Source: Longimicrobiales bacterium (GTDB lineage Bacteria > Gemmatimonadota > Gemmatimonadetes > Longimicrobiales > Gaopeijiaceae). From it: a stretch of 64,000 nt of DNA. The first letter of the stretch is position 1, and each line of letters begins with the position of its first letter. Of this stretch, positions 9,745 through 21,027 are shown piece by piece. The DNA lies in contig CBDAON010000004.1 in assembly GCA_965198065.1 (NCBI GenBank), positions 128,001 to 192,000 of the forward strand, read 5' to 3'. The notes beneath the pieces were generated by a model, which worked only from the letters and a program-made list of their open reading frames with translations, ran no database searches and had not been told where the DNA came from. A program made the position numbers and the translations under genes.

Positions 9745-12700
9745 ATGAACGAAGCGACCGCGCGGATCAAGATCAACAAATTGCTAGAAGCCGCCGGCTG
9801 GCATTTCTTCGCCGACGGAGACTCGCCTGCCAATATCTGCCTCGAGCTAAATGTCACGATCAGAACGTCCGATCTCGACGCCCTGGGCAACGACTTCGAG
9901 AAGACATCCAAGAGCTACATCGACTTCCTGCTCCTCGACATCAAGGGACTTCCCTACATCGTCCTGGAAGCCAAGTCGGAGAACAAGAATCCGCTCACTG
10001 GCAAGGAGCAGGCCCGCAAATACGCCCGCTCACAGAAATTGCCGCTTCGTCATCCTGTCGAACGGAAATTTGCACTACTTCTGGGACTTGGAACGCGGCA
10101 ACCCCTATGTCATCACCTCCTTCCCGACGCCGGAATCGGTATCCAGCTACCGGAAGATAGTTCCCAACCCGCAACGCCTGATCGAGGAACAGGTCGGCGA
10201 GGATTACATCGTTCTTACTCACCGGCCTAATTATGCCTCTGAAGCGGCATGGAAGAATGAAGCCGAGCGGCCAGGCTTCGTCCAAGCTAACAAATTGCGC
10301 TTTCTACGTGCCTACCAGCTCAGAGCGATCCATGCGTTGCAGCGGGCGGTACAAGATGGAGGCGATCGCTTCTTGTTCGAGATGGCGACAGGCACCGGTG
10401 ACGTGACACCCTTAGTTGATCCGTTTATTCCCTGACTCCATGTGGTGGTTGAGGGCGAAGTCCGCAGGTGGGAGATCGCCCAGGGCGCTGTGGGGTCGGA
10501 CGCGATTGTAGTCCTGCCTCCAGCGTTCGATCGTGTGCCTCGCATCCCGTAGGGAGAGGAACCAGTGGAGGTTCAGGCACTCGTCCCTGAAGCTCCCGAG
10601 GAAGCTCTCGACGAAGCAGTTCTGAATCGGCTTGCCCGGCTGTATGTATTCTATCTTGAGGTCCCGGGAGTAGGCCCAGGCGTCGAAGGCACGGCTCGTG
10701 AACTCGGAGCCGTTGTCGCAGATCACGCGCTCCGGCAAGCCGCGTTCCTCCCGAAGTCTCTCGAGCACCTCGATCACGCTCGCCGCAGGGATCGAGTGAG
10801 CGACGTGGAGTGCCAGGCACTCGCGGCTGAACTCGTCGATCACCGCGAGGCACCGGAACACTCGGCCCGTACTCAGCGTGTCCATGATGAAGTCCACGCT
10901 CCACCGCTCGTTCGGATGGCCGAGTGGGTCACGCACCGGTCGTGGTACCTGGCTCCGTCGTCTCCGACCCTTTCGCCGCACCGCGAGCCCTTCCTCGCGG
11001 TAGAGCCGGTGGATCCGCTTCCGGTTCACCAGCCATCCCTCGCGGCGCAGAAGCACGTGGATGCGTCGGTAGCCCCAGCGAGGCCGCTCGCCCGCGAGCT
11101 CCCGGATCCTCGCACGTAACCCCTCCTGAGCTGGGCGCTCGCTTCGGTACCGGATCGTTGAACGCGGGAAGCCTGTCCAACGGACCACTCGACGCTCCGA
11201 GGCCTTCTCGGCGGCTTGCACCCTCCGGACGACCTGGCGCCGCTCCCCGGCCGTCACAACTCGTTTCCCAGCAGGTCCTTCAGCACCTGAAGGTTCAGCG
11301 CCTGGTCGGCCACGATGCGCTTGAGCCGTCGGTTCTCGTCCTCAAGTGCCTTCAACCGCCTCGCGTCACTGACCTCAAGGCCCCCGTACTTCTTCTTCCA
11401 CCGATAGAACGTGTCGTGGCTGATCCCGTGGCGTCGGCATACCTCTTTCGTCGCTCCGCCCGCCTCCGCCTCCCGTAGGATCCCGATGATCTGCTCTTCC
11501 GTGAACCTACTCTTCCTCATGACTCCTCACTTACTCCGAGGAGTCAGAGAATAGCTGGCTCAGCTTCCGGGTGTCACGTCACCGGCAAGACGCTCACCGC
11601 CGCCGCCGTCATCAAGCTATTCCTGCGCTCGGGAAATGCTAGCCGCGTACTCTTCTTGGTCGACCGGCTGGAATTGGAAGATCAGGCGTACAAGGTCTTC
11701 ACCGCGTTGCTTTCGGCGGACTTTCAGACGGTTGTCTATAAGGAGAACCGCAACGCCTGGCATCGCGCCGACGTCGTCGTCACGACCGTTCAATCCCTAC
11801 TGTTCACCAACAAGTATCAGCGGCTCTTTTCGCCCACGGACTTCGATCTCGTCATTTCCGACGAGGCGCACCGCTCGATCGGCGGTAACGCCCGCGCAGT
11901 GTTCGACTTCTTCGTGGGCTACAAGCTCGGGTTGACCGCGACGCCCCGTGACTACTTGAAGGGCACTGGCAAGACGCTCACCGCGACGCGTGACCCGCGT
12001 GCGGCCGAGAGGCGCCTCCTGCTCGACACCTATCGCACCTTTGGCTGCGAGAGTGGGCAACCCACCTTCCGCTACTCGCTGCTAGATGGCGTGAAAGACG
12101 GATTTCTGATCAACCCGACAATGGTCGACGCGCGTACGGAGGTGACCACCCAGCTCCTATCCGAAGAGGGGGTTGCCGTTTCATTCGTTGACGAAACGGG
12201 TGAAGACCAAGAGGAAGCCTACAAGCGACGTGAGTTTGAAAGGCGCTTTTACTCTGAGGCTACCAACCAGCTTTTCTGCAAGACCTTCCTTGAGAACGCA
12301 CTACGTGACCCGATCAGCGGGGAAACCGGAAAGTCCATCGTCTTTGCTGTCAGCCAGAACCACGCGGGCAAGCTCGCGCAGGTCTTCAACCAGATCGCTG
12401 ACCGGATGTTTCCCGGCAAGTACCGCTCCGACTTCGCCGTGCAGGTGACCTCGCAGATCGCAGATGCCCAGAAATTCACCGTCAACTTCGCCAACAACAA
12501 CCTGCTGGGATCAACCAACTTCTGGCCCAGCTACCGGACCAGCAAGGCTCGTGTCTGCGTCACAGTTGGCATGATGACCACCGGGTACGACTGCACCGAC
12601 ATCCTGAATCTTGGCCTGTTCCGCCCCATCTTCTCGCCCACCGATTTCGTCCAGATCAAGGGGCGCGGCACCCGCAGACACGACTTCCGGGATGAGCTTC

Positions 12701-13462
12701 TCAGTGACAGCCTCAAGGACGGCATCGCCGACGCGCGGAAGACCGCGTTTAAGCTCTTAGATTTCTTCGGAAACTGCGAGTATTTCGAAACCGAGTTCAA
12801 CTACGACGAGGTGCTGAAGCTGCCCCGGCCCCAAACGAGTAGCGGCGGGGACGATATCGGACCGACTAAGTTCGCGGGATCTTACGAACACCTCGGGGCC
12901 GACATCATAGCCTCGGTCCGCGAAGAAATTATCGGCAACGAAGGAATGAAGATCGACCGGATGCTCTTCGAGAAGTTCGAAGACACCGTACGCAAAGACG
13001 AAACCATCGCCGATGCAGTGATGGCCGACCAGTGGGATCGTGTGATCGATTATGTAAACCGAGAGATCTTCGACAAACCCGAGGAGTACTACACGCTTAA
13101 AAAGTTACGCCAAGCAGCCGCTGTGGACCGCCGGCTCACCCTGCGCGAGATTCTGGAAAAGGTATTCGGACTCATTTCCGATTTCAAATCCAAGGATGAG
13201 CTATTTGGAAGAGGAATTCGCGAAGTTCGTGGTGGATTACAAACCCGACGAAGCCGCCGCCATCCCGGCCATCAAGAGCTACTTCAAAGCCTATGCCACC
13301 AGCGACCAGGTGCGCCATATTGTCGATAGCAAGCGTTTCGCCGACCTTGCCACCAACCCGTCCTTTTCCGCCGGCGACTTCCGCGCCGTACCGGACAGGT
13401 ACCGCAACCTCATTCCGGAATACGTCAAGGACTACATGTCTTTGAACCAGTTCGCCGCGTAG
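9745..13462 (+). pseudogene. hsdR: type I restriction enzyme R subunit, IS3-interrupted and frameshifted
   Basis: VLEAK nuclease motif. LRAYQ, MATGTG|KT (split by IS), DEAHRS, LTATP, MMTTGYD and QIKGRGTR. Frameshifts near 10035 and 13205. Confidence 0.9.
10399..11581 (-). mobile_element. IS3-family element A, copy 2 (orfA 11520-11254, orfB 11257-10412)
   Basis: Inverted copy with the same ORF translations as copy 1. 4-bp TSD CCGG at 10395-10398 and 11582-11585. Confidence 0.96.
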
Positions 13463-13470
13463 AACCTGTC

Positions 13471-13680
13471 ATGCTGGATTCCGACACCAAGCGCCGCATC
13501 GACACCGCCCGCGACATCCTGGTTGGCAAGGTACCGGACCCCAAGAGCCAGGTCGAGCAGATCACCATCGCGTTGATCTACAAGTTCATGGACGATATGG
13601 ACGCCGAAAGTGAGGAATTCGGAGGGAAGCGCAGTTTCTTCGCCGGCGAGTTCGCGCGCTACGGGTGGACCCAGCTGAAG
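13471..13680 (+). pseudogene. hsdM: type I methyltransferase N-terminal fragment
   Basis: MLDSDTKRRIDTARDILVGKVPDPKSQVEQITIALIYKFMDDMD, then abrupt loss of similarity. Confidence 0.8.
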
Positions 13681-13961
13681 GTCCCACCAAGTGCCAGAGC
13701 CGGACCAAGCTCCACCAGTGGAAGCTCGAGGGCTCCCGGTGTCCAGGTCTTTCTCGCTGGCTCGACGACAATTCGCCCGCACCCGCGTTTGACCAGATAG
13801 CCCCCAGGACGAATCCTAAGCTCTTCTTGCTAGACAAGGGGCCAAAGACTCTCGGCAATCAATTCCAGGTTGCGATCCGTCTCTTCTGTGGTTGCCTGTG
13901 GGGAGATGACCTGCCTGGCGCTTCGTCGTTCCGCGTTATAGATCTAGTTTCGCATGTGACC

Positions 13962-14138
13962 CGAGGCGCGGTGGAGAATGTGTTCTTCCGATACACGTCC
14001 ATCATCGGAGAGGGCTTTCGCGCCCGGAGCCCAGCTGGGCAGGGGAGTGAGGTCGTCCTCGGCTGTGAGATCCTTCGGCAGGTGAGGATCCTGTCGGTTG
14101 GCATCGTGCGGGCCAGTCACGATTCGTGCAACAACGCC
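13962..14138 (+). mobile_element. IS5-family (IS903-like) 3' remnant
   Basis: RGAVENVFFRYTSIIGEGFRARSPAGQGSEVVLGCEIL plus an IS903-like terminal IR GATTCGTGCAACAACGCC at 14121-14138. Confidence 0.7.
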
Positions 14139-14194
14139 GCGGATTGGTTCGGCGTCGACGCTAGGATGGAAGTAGGCTGCTTCAGCCGGACAGT

Positions 14195-15850
14195 GTGACA
14201 CAGCGACCCTACCAGGAACTCCTCGCCCGATTGCGGGACACCTTTCCCGCGCCGGTTTCGGACCGAAAGCACGACGCCTATTTCGTCTTCTCGATCCTCC
14301 GCGCGCTCGATCAGGTCGACGACCTGAAATCCGAGGTGCCGCTGCTCGGCCGGCCGCGGACGCTCGACTACGCGGCCGCAGAGCGGGCCGAGCTGTCCGA
14401 GGAAGGGCGCAGCGTCGAGGAGGTGGCGCGCCAGCTGGTCGGCCAGCTCGAAGGCATGCCTATTTGGGGGCATCCGCGGACGCAGATCAACGTCGTCCCG
14501 CCACCGTCGATTCCCAGCGTCATCGGGTCGCTGCTGCCGGCCATCTACAATCCGAATCTGGTCTCCGACGATACGTCGTATGGCCTCATGCTGACCGAGG
14601 CGGCGGTCGTGGCGATGGTGTCGCGGCTCGTCGGGTACGACCCGGTGCGGGCGGCTGGCGTGTTCACGTTCGGCGGGACCGGGACGGTGCTCTACGGCGC
14701 GAAGCTCGGCATCGAAAAGGCGTTCCCGGACGCGATGGACAACGGCGTGCCGGGCGGCGGCATGATCCTGGCCTCCGCGCAGAGCCACTACTGCCGCTTG
14801 AACGTTGCCGGCTGGCTCGGCCTCGGCGAGAAGAGCGTCGTTGCGGTACCGACCCACCTGGAGAACGACATCCGCGTCGACCGGCTGGAGGCGGCCGCCC
14901 GCGAGGCGCTCGACCAGGGGCGGCGCATCGTGGCGCTGGTGGCGACGATGGGCACGACCGACGCGTTCGGCGTCGACGACCTAGACGCCATCGTCGACCT
15001 GCGCGACCGGCTGGTGGAGGAGTACGACCTCGACTACAGGCCGCACATCCACGCCGACGCCGTCATTGGCTGGGCCTGGTCGGTGTTCAATGACTACGAC
15101 TTCGAAGCGAACCCGCTCGGCTTCCGGCTGCGCACCGTGCGCGCGCTGGCGTCGGCGCGTCGGCGCATCTCCAAGTTGCACCGGGCCGACTCGGTCGGCA
15201 TCGACTTCCACAAGACCGGGTTCACCCCCTACATCTCAAGCCTGTTCCTGGCCCGCGACCGCGCCGACATGCAGCTTCTCGTCCGTGGCCGGGAACAGAT
15301 GCCGTACCTGTTCCAGAGCGGCGAGCGCCATCCCGGGGTGTTCACGCTGGAGACGTCACGCGGCGGTTCGGGGGTGCTCGCGGCCTACGCCAACCTACAG
15401 CTATTCGGACATGTGGGCCTGCGCGTCCTACTCGGCCATCTCGTGGAGATGGCTGAAACGCTCCGCGAGTACCTAGAGGGCCACGACTGCACGACGGTCC
15501 TCAACGACGACGGCGTCGGCACGGTCACCGTCTTTCGGGTCTATCCCGACGGCGTGGACACCTGGACGGTCAAGGATCGCGAGCGGACCGACCCCGCTGC
15601 GCGGGACGAGCTGCTGCGCCACAATGACTACAACCGCCGGTTGTTCCGGTATCTATACGAGCGGGCGATGCGCGGCGAAGGCGTCCGCATCTCCATGACC
15701 GACTGCTACCGGGAAACCGACTACGGGGAGCCGATGGTTGGCCTGAAGAGCTTCATCCTCTCGCCGTTCATCGACGAGCGCGATGTCGAGCAGCTCGTCC
15801 GGGACATTCTCGACGCACGGCAGGCCCTGGACGCTGCCGCGCCCGAGTGA
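14195..15850 (+). CDS. group II PLP-dependent decarboxylase
   Basis: FTFGGT, SHY, ATMGTT, HIHADA and DFHKTG (PLP lysine). Confidence 0.88.
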   Translation: MTQRPYQELLARLRDTFPAPVSDRKHDAYFVFSILRALDQVDDLKSEVPLLGRPRTLDYAAAERAELSEEGRSVEEVARQLVGQLEGMPIWGHPRTQINVVPPPSIPSVIGSLLPAIYNPNLVSDDTSYGLMLTEAAVVAMVSRLVGYDPVRAAGVFTFGGTGTVLYGAKLGIEKAFPDAMDNGVPGGGMILASAQSHYCRLNVAGWLGLGEKSVVAVPTHLENDIRVDRLEAAAREALDQGRRIVALVATMGTTDAFGVDDLDAIVDLRDRLVEEYDLDYRPHIHADAVIGWAWSVFNDYDFEANPLGFRLRTVRALASARRRISKLHRADSVGIDFHKTGFTPYISSLFLARDRADMQLLVRGREQMPYLFQSGERHPGVFTLETSRGGSGVLAAYANLQLFGHVGLRVLLGHLVEMAETLREYLEGHDCTTVLNDDGVGTVTVFRVYPDGVDTWTVKDRERTDPAARDELLRHNDYNRRLFRYLYERAMRGEGVRISMTDCYRETDYGEPMVGLKSFILSPFIDERDVEQLVRDILDARQALDAAAPE

Positions 15851-16033
15851 GAGCCGGATATCGCGCACGCGATGCTGCCTAGTTTTGATGCTCATGGGCA
15901 GTTATGAGGCGTGAGGCCGCCCAGCCTTCCGTCGGAGTGTGACCGATCCCTTCCGCGGTCGCCCGTTCGTTTTGTATATCCGAAGTGATCCACAACGTAT
16001 CGGCGACCGGCTAACCGCAAGCGTAGCAACGGG

Positions 16034-16318
16034 TTACTGAATAATTCGCCGGTTCAGGAAGTACTTGGTCGTGGGGTCGAGCGGATCCGCCTGCGCCGTG
16101 GCGGCCTCGTAGGCCACGGCCTCCGCGCGGCCGACCTCGTCGACCCGGACCACGATCGGGCGGGGCGGCTCGACGGTCGCGACGCGAAGGAGCAGGACAG
16201 CGAGCACGAGGCACGCGGCGGCGAGGATGGTCGCCAGCGTCCGGAGCTTCCGGTTCGCCTCGACGGTCTCGCCCCAGATTTCCGCGTACTCGCGGCCGGC
16301 ATCGTGTTCTCGGTTCAT
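16034..16318 (-). pseudogene. VirB8/TrbF-like T4SS protein fragment
   Basis: N-terminal TM helix, then RPIVVRVDEVGRAEAV...TKYFLNR, truncated. Confidence 0.7.
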
Positions 16319-16329
16319 GGACGTCTCCT

Positions 16330-16666
16330 TCAGCCTCCGGGGACTGGGGGGCGGGCCGGGTTCGCGGCAGCGCTGAGGCGCCCGCTGCCGCGCACCACGA
16401 GTGCCATCATCCCCGACCCGACGGACCCGGAACCGGAGACGAGCATCGCGGCGAGCTCGCCCACCTTCATGCCGGCCATCAGGCCGGAGACGACGAGCGG
16501 GAGGAGGACGACGACCCAGAGCCCCAGTTCGGCCGGGTCGGAGGAGACGGTGCCCATCAAGGCGCCGGTATAGGTCGTGACGTAGCCCATGCCCACGCCC
16601 ATGAAGACGCGGAGGATGGCGCCGGCCACGACGCCGTAGAGCGTGTAGACCATGAGCGTGCGGAAC
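16330..16666 (-). pseudogene. VirB6/TrbL-like T4SS membrane protein fragment
   Basis: Hydrophobic segments and a Gly/Ser tail directly upstream of the VirB8-like fragment. 5' part cut at the IS. Confidence 0.6.
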
Positions 16667-16676
16667 TGACCTGCCC

Positions 16677-17947
16677 TGACCTGACCCGCTGAAACGAGAC
16701 CAGGTGCAATGTTAGGATCGACCTGGTCCGAAGCTTTTCAGCGAGGAGGTCAGGATGGGAAGGAAGCGACACACTCCGGAGCAGATCATCACTGCAGTGC
16801 GGGAGGCAGAGGTCGGTCTGGCCGGCGGCAAATCCGTGAAGCTGATCAGGGGAGAGCTCGGCATCACCGAGCAGACGTACTACCGGTGGAGGCGGGAGTA
16901 CGGCGGGATGAAGGTGAGCCAGGCACGGCGCCTGAAGGAGCTCGAGCGCGAGAACGGGCGCCTGAAGCGAGCAGTGGCGGACTTGACACTGGACAAGCTG
17001 ATCGTGGAGGAAGCGGCCAAGGGAAACTTCTGAGCCCCGAGGGCCGACGACGTTGTGTGGTGCGTGTACGTCAGCAGCTCGGGGCGTCGGAGAGGAGAGC
17101 GTGCCGGGTGCTCGGGCAGCCACGCACGACCCAGCGCGGGGCGAGGAAAGTGGCGAGTGACGAGGGGGCGCTCCGAGGTGATATCGTGCGACTCGCGAGT
17201 CGATTCGGCCGCTACGGCTAGCGATGCGTCACGGACACGCTCCGCATCGAGGGCTGGGGGGTGAAGCACAAGCGGGTGGAGCGGATCTGGAGGCAGGAGG
17301 GGCTGAAGGTCCCGGAGCGGCAGCCGAAGCGAGGTCGGCTGTGGCTCAACGACGGATCGTGCATCCGGCTGAGGCCGCTGTATCGGGGCCACGTCTGGTC
17401 GTACGACTTCGTGGCCTCGAGGACGCACGACGGGCGTGCGCTGAAGCTGCTGACAGTGCTGGACGAGCACACGAGGGAGTGCCTGGCGATCGTGGTGGCT
17501 CGCAAGATCCGCTCGCACGACGTGCTCGAGGTGCTGGACGATCTGTTCGTCCGACACGGGCCCTCCCGAGTATCTGAGGTCGGACAACGGACCGGAGTTC
17601 ACCGCGAAGCCCGTGCGGCGGTGGTTGGGGCGCGTGGGCGTCGAGACGCTCTTTATCGAGCCGGGCAGCCCGTGGGAGAACGGCTACAACGAGAGCTTCA
17701 ACGGCAAGCTCAGGGACGAGCTGTTGAACGGGGAGATCTTCTGCTCGTTGGCGGAGGCGGCCGTGCTGGTCGAGCAATGGAGGCGCGAGTACGATACCGT
17801 CCGACCCCACAGCGCCTGCGGCGGCTTTCCCCCGGCCCCTGAGGCGATTAAGCCGTCGCCCTGGTTCCTGAGGATGCCCGTCCTTCACCGCCCTCCACAG
17901 GTGCTGGGACTAACATAGGTTGTGGTACCGCTCTTCGGGGCAGGTCA
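16677..17947 (+). mobile_element. IS3-family element B, copy 1
   Basis: IR TGACCTGACCC...GGGGCAGGTCA. orfA 16755-17033. orfB has TAG at 17219-17221 and a +1 indel near 17562. No TSD. Confidence 0.95.
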
Positions 17948-19564
17948 CACCCAGGGAAGCTTCGCCGGGGGGCGGGGCGGATGGCTGTTCTCCGGCCGGA
18001 GGGGTTTTTTGGATCTGATCCTTGGAATGGCTGCAGCGACTCATGACGACATTGACAACGATGATGATCTCTCGTCTCGCTACTTCGATGTTATGGCCAA
18101 GGTGGAGTTCCTCGCGAACTCAAATCATCTGCTTTCGGCACACCTCCTCTACGCGGGCGACGATCTCAACCTCGTGGATGTCGATCTCGGCATCGATGAG
18201 GGCGGGGATCCTCCGTCCGAGCGAGCCTCGCTCGGCAGTGAATGGACGAACACCAACCTCTGGGCAGGCTGGGATTGGAGCATTTCGCGCTCGCTGGATG
18301 TGTCGACGATCCTGTCAGGAAGCCACCTCACGCGCAGGCGGACGGGGGAATGGGTGGCATCCGGATCGGGTGAATCCGCCGACTTCGCCGACGTCGACGA
18401 CAGGGGTGACTTCACGTTCGGTACGCTCAGGCAGGACTGGCGGCTGGGGATGGCTCGTGGCGTAGTGCTGAAGTTCGGGGGACAGGTGAGGTGGGCGGGT
18501 TCGGAGTACAAGTATCGAAGCGTCAGCAGCGACGAGTTCCTGCAAGCGGATCGAACTGTCGGGGTCAGCTACGACACGACAGCCGTTACGCTCGATCCGA
18601 CGGCAACCGAGTCCAGCGCCTACCTCGCCGTGCGTGTGCGGCCCCTCGATCGCGTCACCTTGGAGCTAGGCGGACGTTACGATCACCGAAGTCACACATC
18701 CGACTCCGACGTATCTCCTCGGCTCCAGTCGGCGATTGACGTCGGGCCCGCCACCACCCTGAAAGGCAGCTGGGGTGCATACCGTCAATCCCAGGGCGTC
18801 GAAGAGCTCTCTGTGGTCGACGGCGATACGATCTTCTTTCCGTCAGAGGTGGCCAAGCAGGTCGCGCTCGGATTGCAGCACAGCTTTAGGGGCGGGCTCG
18901 AGGCGCGAGTCGAGGCCTATTATCGGCGCACCACCGATCCGCGGCCGCGCTACCTGAATGTCGGGCGAAAGATCGTTCCCTTTCCTGAGATCGGGAGCGA
19001 CAGGGTACGCTTCCTTCCCGAGCAGGGGAAGGCGCGAGGCCTCGAGTTTCTCTTGTCCGGTCCGCTCGGCGCCCGTTCGGAGTGGACGGCAACGTACGTT
19101 CTCGCGAGCGCGCAGGATCGGGTTGGCACCGACTGGATCGCGCGCACGTTGGACCAGCGGCATACGGCGAACCTCCGCTGGCAATTCGAGCCGAACGAGA
19201 AATGGCGGCTGTCGGCGAGCTGGCAGTACCACACCGGCTGGCCGACCACCCCGATGGAGTTCCAGGTCGACACGATTCCCAACGCCGGGCCCGAAGAGCG
19301 ACAGGTCCTATACTACGAGCGACCCGGAGCTATCAACTCCCGGCGGTTGCCGGCCTACCATCGGATGGACTTGCGGGCGACCCGCGCGTTCGATATCGGG
19401 CAGGGCCGGCTCAGCGTCTTTCTCGACGTGTTCAATCTCTACAACCGCCAGAACGTGCGCTCGTTCAACTACAAGGTGAGCCTCCCTGAGGGAACGGTCA
19501 TCGCCGAGACCGGAGAGACTCTCCTGCCCCTTCTTCCCTCGTTCGGCTTCACATGGAGTTCTGA
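17948..19564 (+). pseudogene. TonB-dependent receptor, 5' removed by IS
   Basis: Beta-barrel pattern: SGRRGFLD, GGRYDH, SPRL, RLPAYHRMDL, DVFNLYNRQN. Adding one G restores the C-terminus FGFTWEF*. Confidence 0.85.
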
Positions 19565-19764
19565 CGCTCTGACGTTACGAGTCCGACTCCACACACAAGA
19601 ATGGTGGACGGCGGGTCGATCTGTCAGGAGACGGGTCCGCTCATCGATGTTCTGACTGGGAATTATAGCGAATGGTGCCCAAGCCTCCCTTGCAAACCAC
19701 CCCCCCCCTGGGCACTATATTTATAGTGCCGGGTAGAAGCGATAACCGCAAGGGAGCTAATAGG

Positions 19765-20703
19765 ATGGCGAGCGAGAAAGGGCCAGGGAAGAGCTACCGG
19801 AAGGGACTGTCGCTGATCGAGGCGTTCGACAGGTTCCCCGACGATGCGGCGGCCGAGCAGTGGTTCGCCAAGGCCCGCTGGGGCGATGAGCCCGCCTGCA
19901 CGCACTGCGGAAGCGTGAACGTCCAGACCGGCGCGAAGCACAAGACCATGCCCTTGCGGTGCCGCGATTGCCGGAAGCGGTTCAGTGTCCGTATGGGTAC
20001 CGCGATGCAGGACTCCAACATCCCACTTCGCAAGTGGGCGATCGCGGCCTACCTGATGACCACGAACCTGAAGGGCGTGTCTTCCATGAAGCTGCACCGG
20101 GATCTGGGAATCGCTCAAAGCTCCGCCTGGCATATGCTGCACCGGCTACGCGAGGCGTGGGCGCATGAGGGTGCGACCTTCGCCGGTCCCGTCGAGGTCG
20201 ACGAGTGCTACATCGGCGGGCTCGAGAAGAACAAGCACGCCGTCAAGAGGGCGCACCTGGGGCGCGGCCCGGTGACCAAGACCGCCGTCGTGGGCGCGAA
20301 GGACCGCCCGACGAATCAGGTCGCGGCACGCGTGGTCGAGGCTACCGACAGCCCGACGCTACAGGGTTTCGTGCAAGGCCGCATCGTGGATGGAGCCAGA
20401 GTGTACACGGACGAAGCGAGGGCGTATGACGGCCTCGCCAATCGGGAGAGCGTAAAGCACTCGGTGTCGGAGTACGTGAACGGGCAGGCCCACACGAACG
20501 GTGTCGAGTCCTTCTGGTCGATGCTCAAGCGCGGCTACCACGGCACCTACCACAAGATGTCCCCGAAGCACCTCCAGCGGTACGTCAACGAGTTCGCCGG
20601 CCGCCACAACGTCCGGCCGCTCGACACCATCCAGCAGATGCACTCCATCGTGCGCGGGCTCGAAGGCAAGCGGCTCCGGTACCGGGACCTGGTCGCCGAC
20701 TGA
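19765..20703 (+). CDS. IS1595-family transposase
   Basis: Zn ribbon CTHC...CRDC, VEVDECYIGG, VYTDE, HTNGVESFWSMLKR and YVNEFAGRHN. Confidence 0.95.
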   Translation: MASEKGPGKSYRKGLSLIEAFDRFPDDAAAEQWFAKARWGDEPACTHCGSVNVQTGAKHKTMPLRCRDCRKRFSVRMGTAMQDSNIPLRKWAIAAYLMTTNLKGVSSMKLHRDLGIAQSSAWHMLHRLREAWAHEGATFAGPVEVDECYIGGLEKNKHAVKRAHLGRGPVTKTAVVGAKDRPTNQVAARVVEATDSPTLQGFVQGRIVDGARVYTDEARAYDGLANRESVKHSVSEYVNGQAHTNGVESFWSMLKRGYHGTYHKMSPKHLQRYVNEFAGRHNVRPLDTIQQMHSIVRGLEGKRLRYRDLVAD

Positions 20704-20724
20704 CACACCTGGCCGGCGGTCTGG

Positions 20725-20880
20725 CTAGAACCCGATCCTGCGCGCCTCTCTTTCCTCTTCCTCTCGCTGTTTGGTCTCTGCCCACCGCATCTCATCAAGA
20801 ACTTTGAGATCGGACATTTCCTCGAACATCTCCAGTAGCAGCTTCCCGAACCGGCCCGGTTGATTCTTGTGCTTCTCCAT
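20725..20880 (-). CDS. 51-aa small protein ending in RRIGF (not in ORF track)
   Basis: MEKHKNQPGRFGKLLLEMFEEMSDLKVLDEMRWAETKQREEEEREARRIGF*. GAGGA RBS 7 nt upstream. Confidence 0.55.
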   Translation of the reverse strand: MEKHKNQPGRFGKLLLEMFEEMSDLKVLDEMRWAETKQREEEEREARRIGF

Positions 20881-20888
20881 GGTACTGT
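20860..20888 (+). promoter_or_regulatory. candidate sigma70 promoter
   Basis: TTGATT-17nt-TACTGT with an extended -10 TG. Confidence 0.45.
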
Positions 20889-20894
20889 CCTCAT

Positions 20895-20985
20895 GGCGTC
20901 AGGCCGCAAAGCGGCCCTGTCTCCCGCCGCTGTGAACGGCGAGTGACTGTTTTGGGGCCCCCGGGCGAAATCCCGGGGGCCTTTT
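20895..20985 (+). ncRNA. candidate ~90-nt structured small RNA
   Basis: GTCA/TGAC closes hairpins GGCCGC-AAA-GCGGCC and CGCCG-CTGTGAA-CGGCG, followed by a terminator. Confidence 0.45.
20956..20985 (+). terminator. rho-independent terminator
   Basis: GGCCCCCGGG-CGAAAT-CCCGGGGGCC-TTTT. Confidence 0.75.
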
Positions 20986-21027
20986 GGCATCAGCAAGCTA
21001 AGTGACTGCTTGCCTTGGGTCCATTTC

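Noticed and set aside
6616..11581. Composite transposon formed by the two inverted IS3-A copies
   Set aside because: Copy 2 has its own CCGG TSD inside hsdR and the outer flanks do not match, so these are independent insertions.
15870..16050. Possible IS termini (TTGATGCTCATGGGCAGTTATG; GGGTTACTGAATAATTC)
   Set aside because: They look end-like and one coincides with the VirB8 truncation, but no partner IR or transposase is visible.
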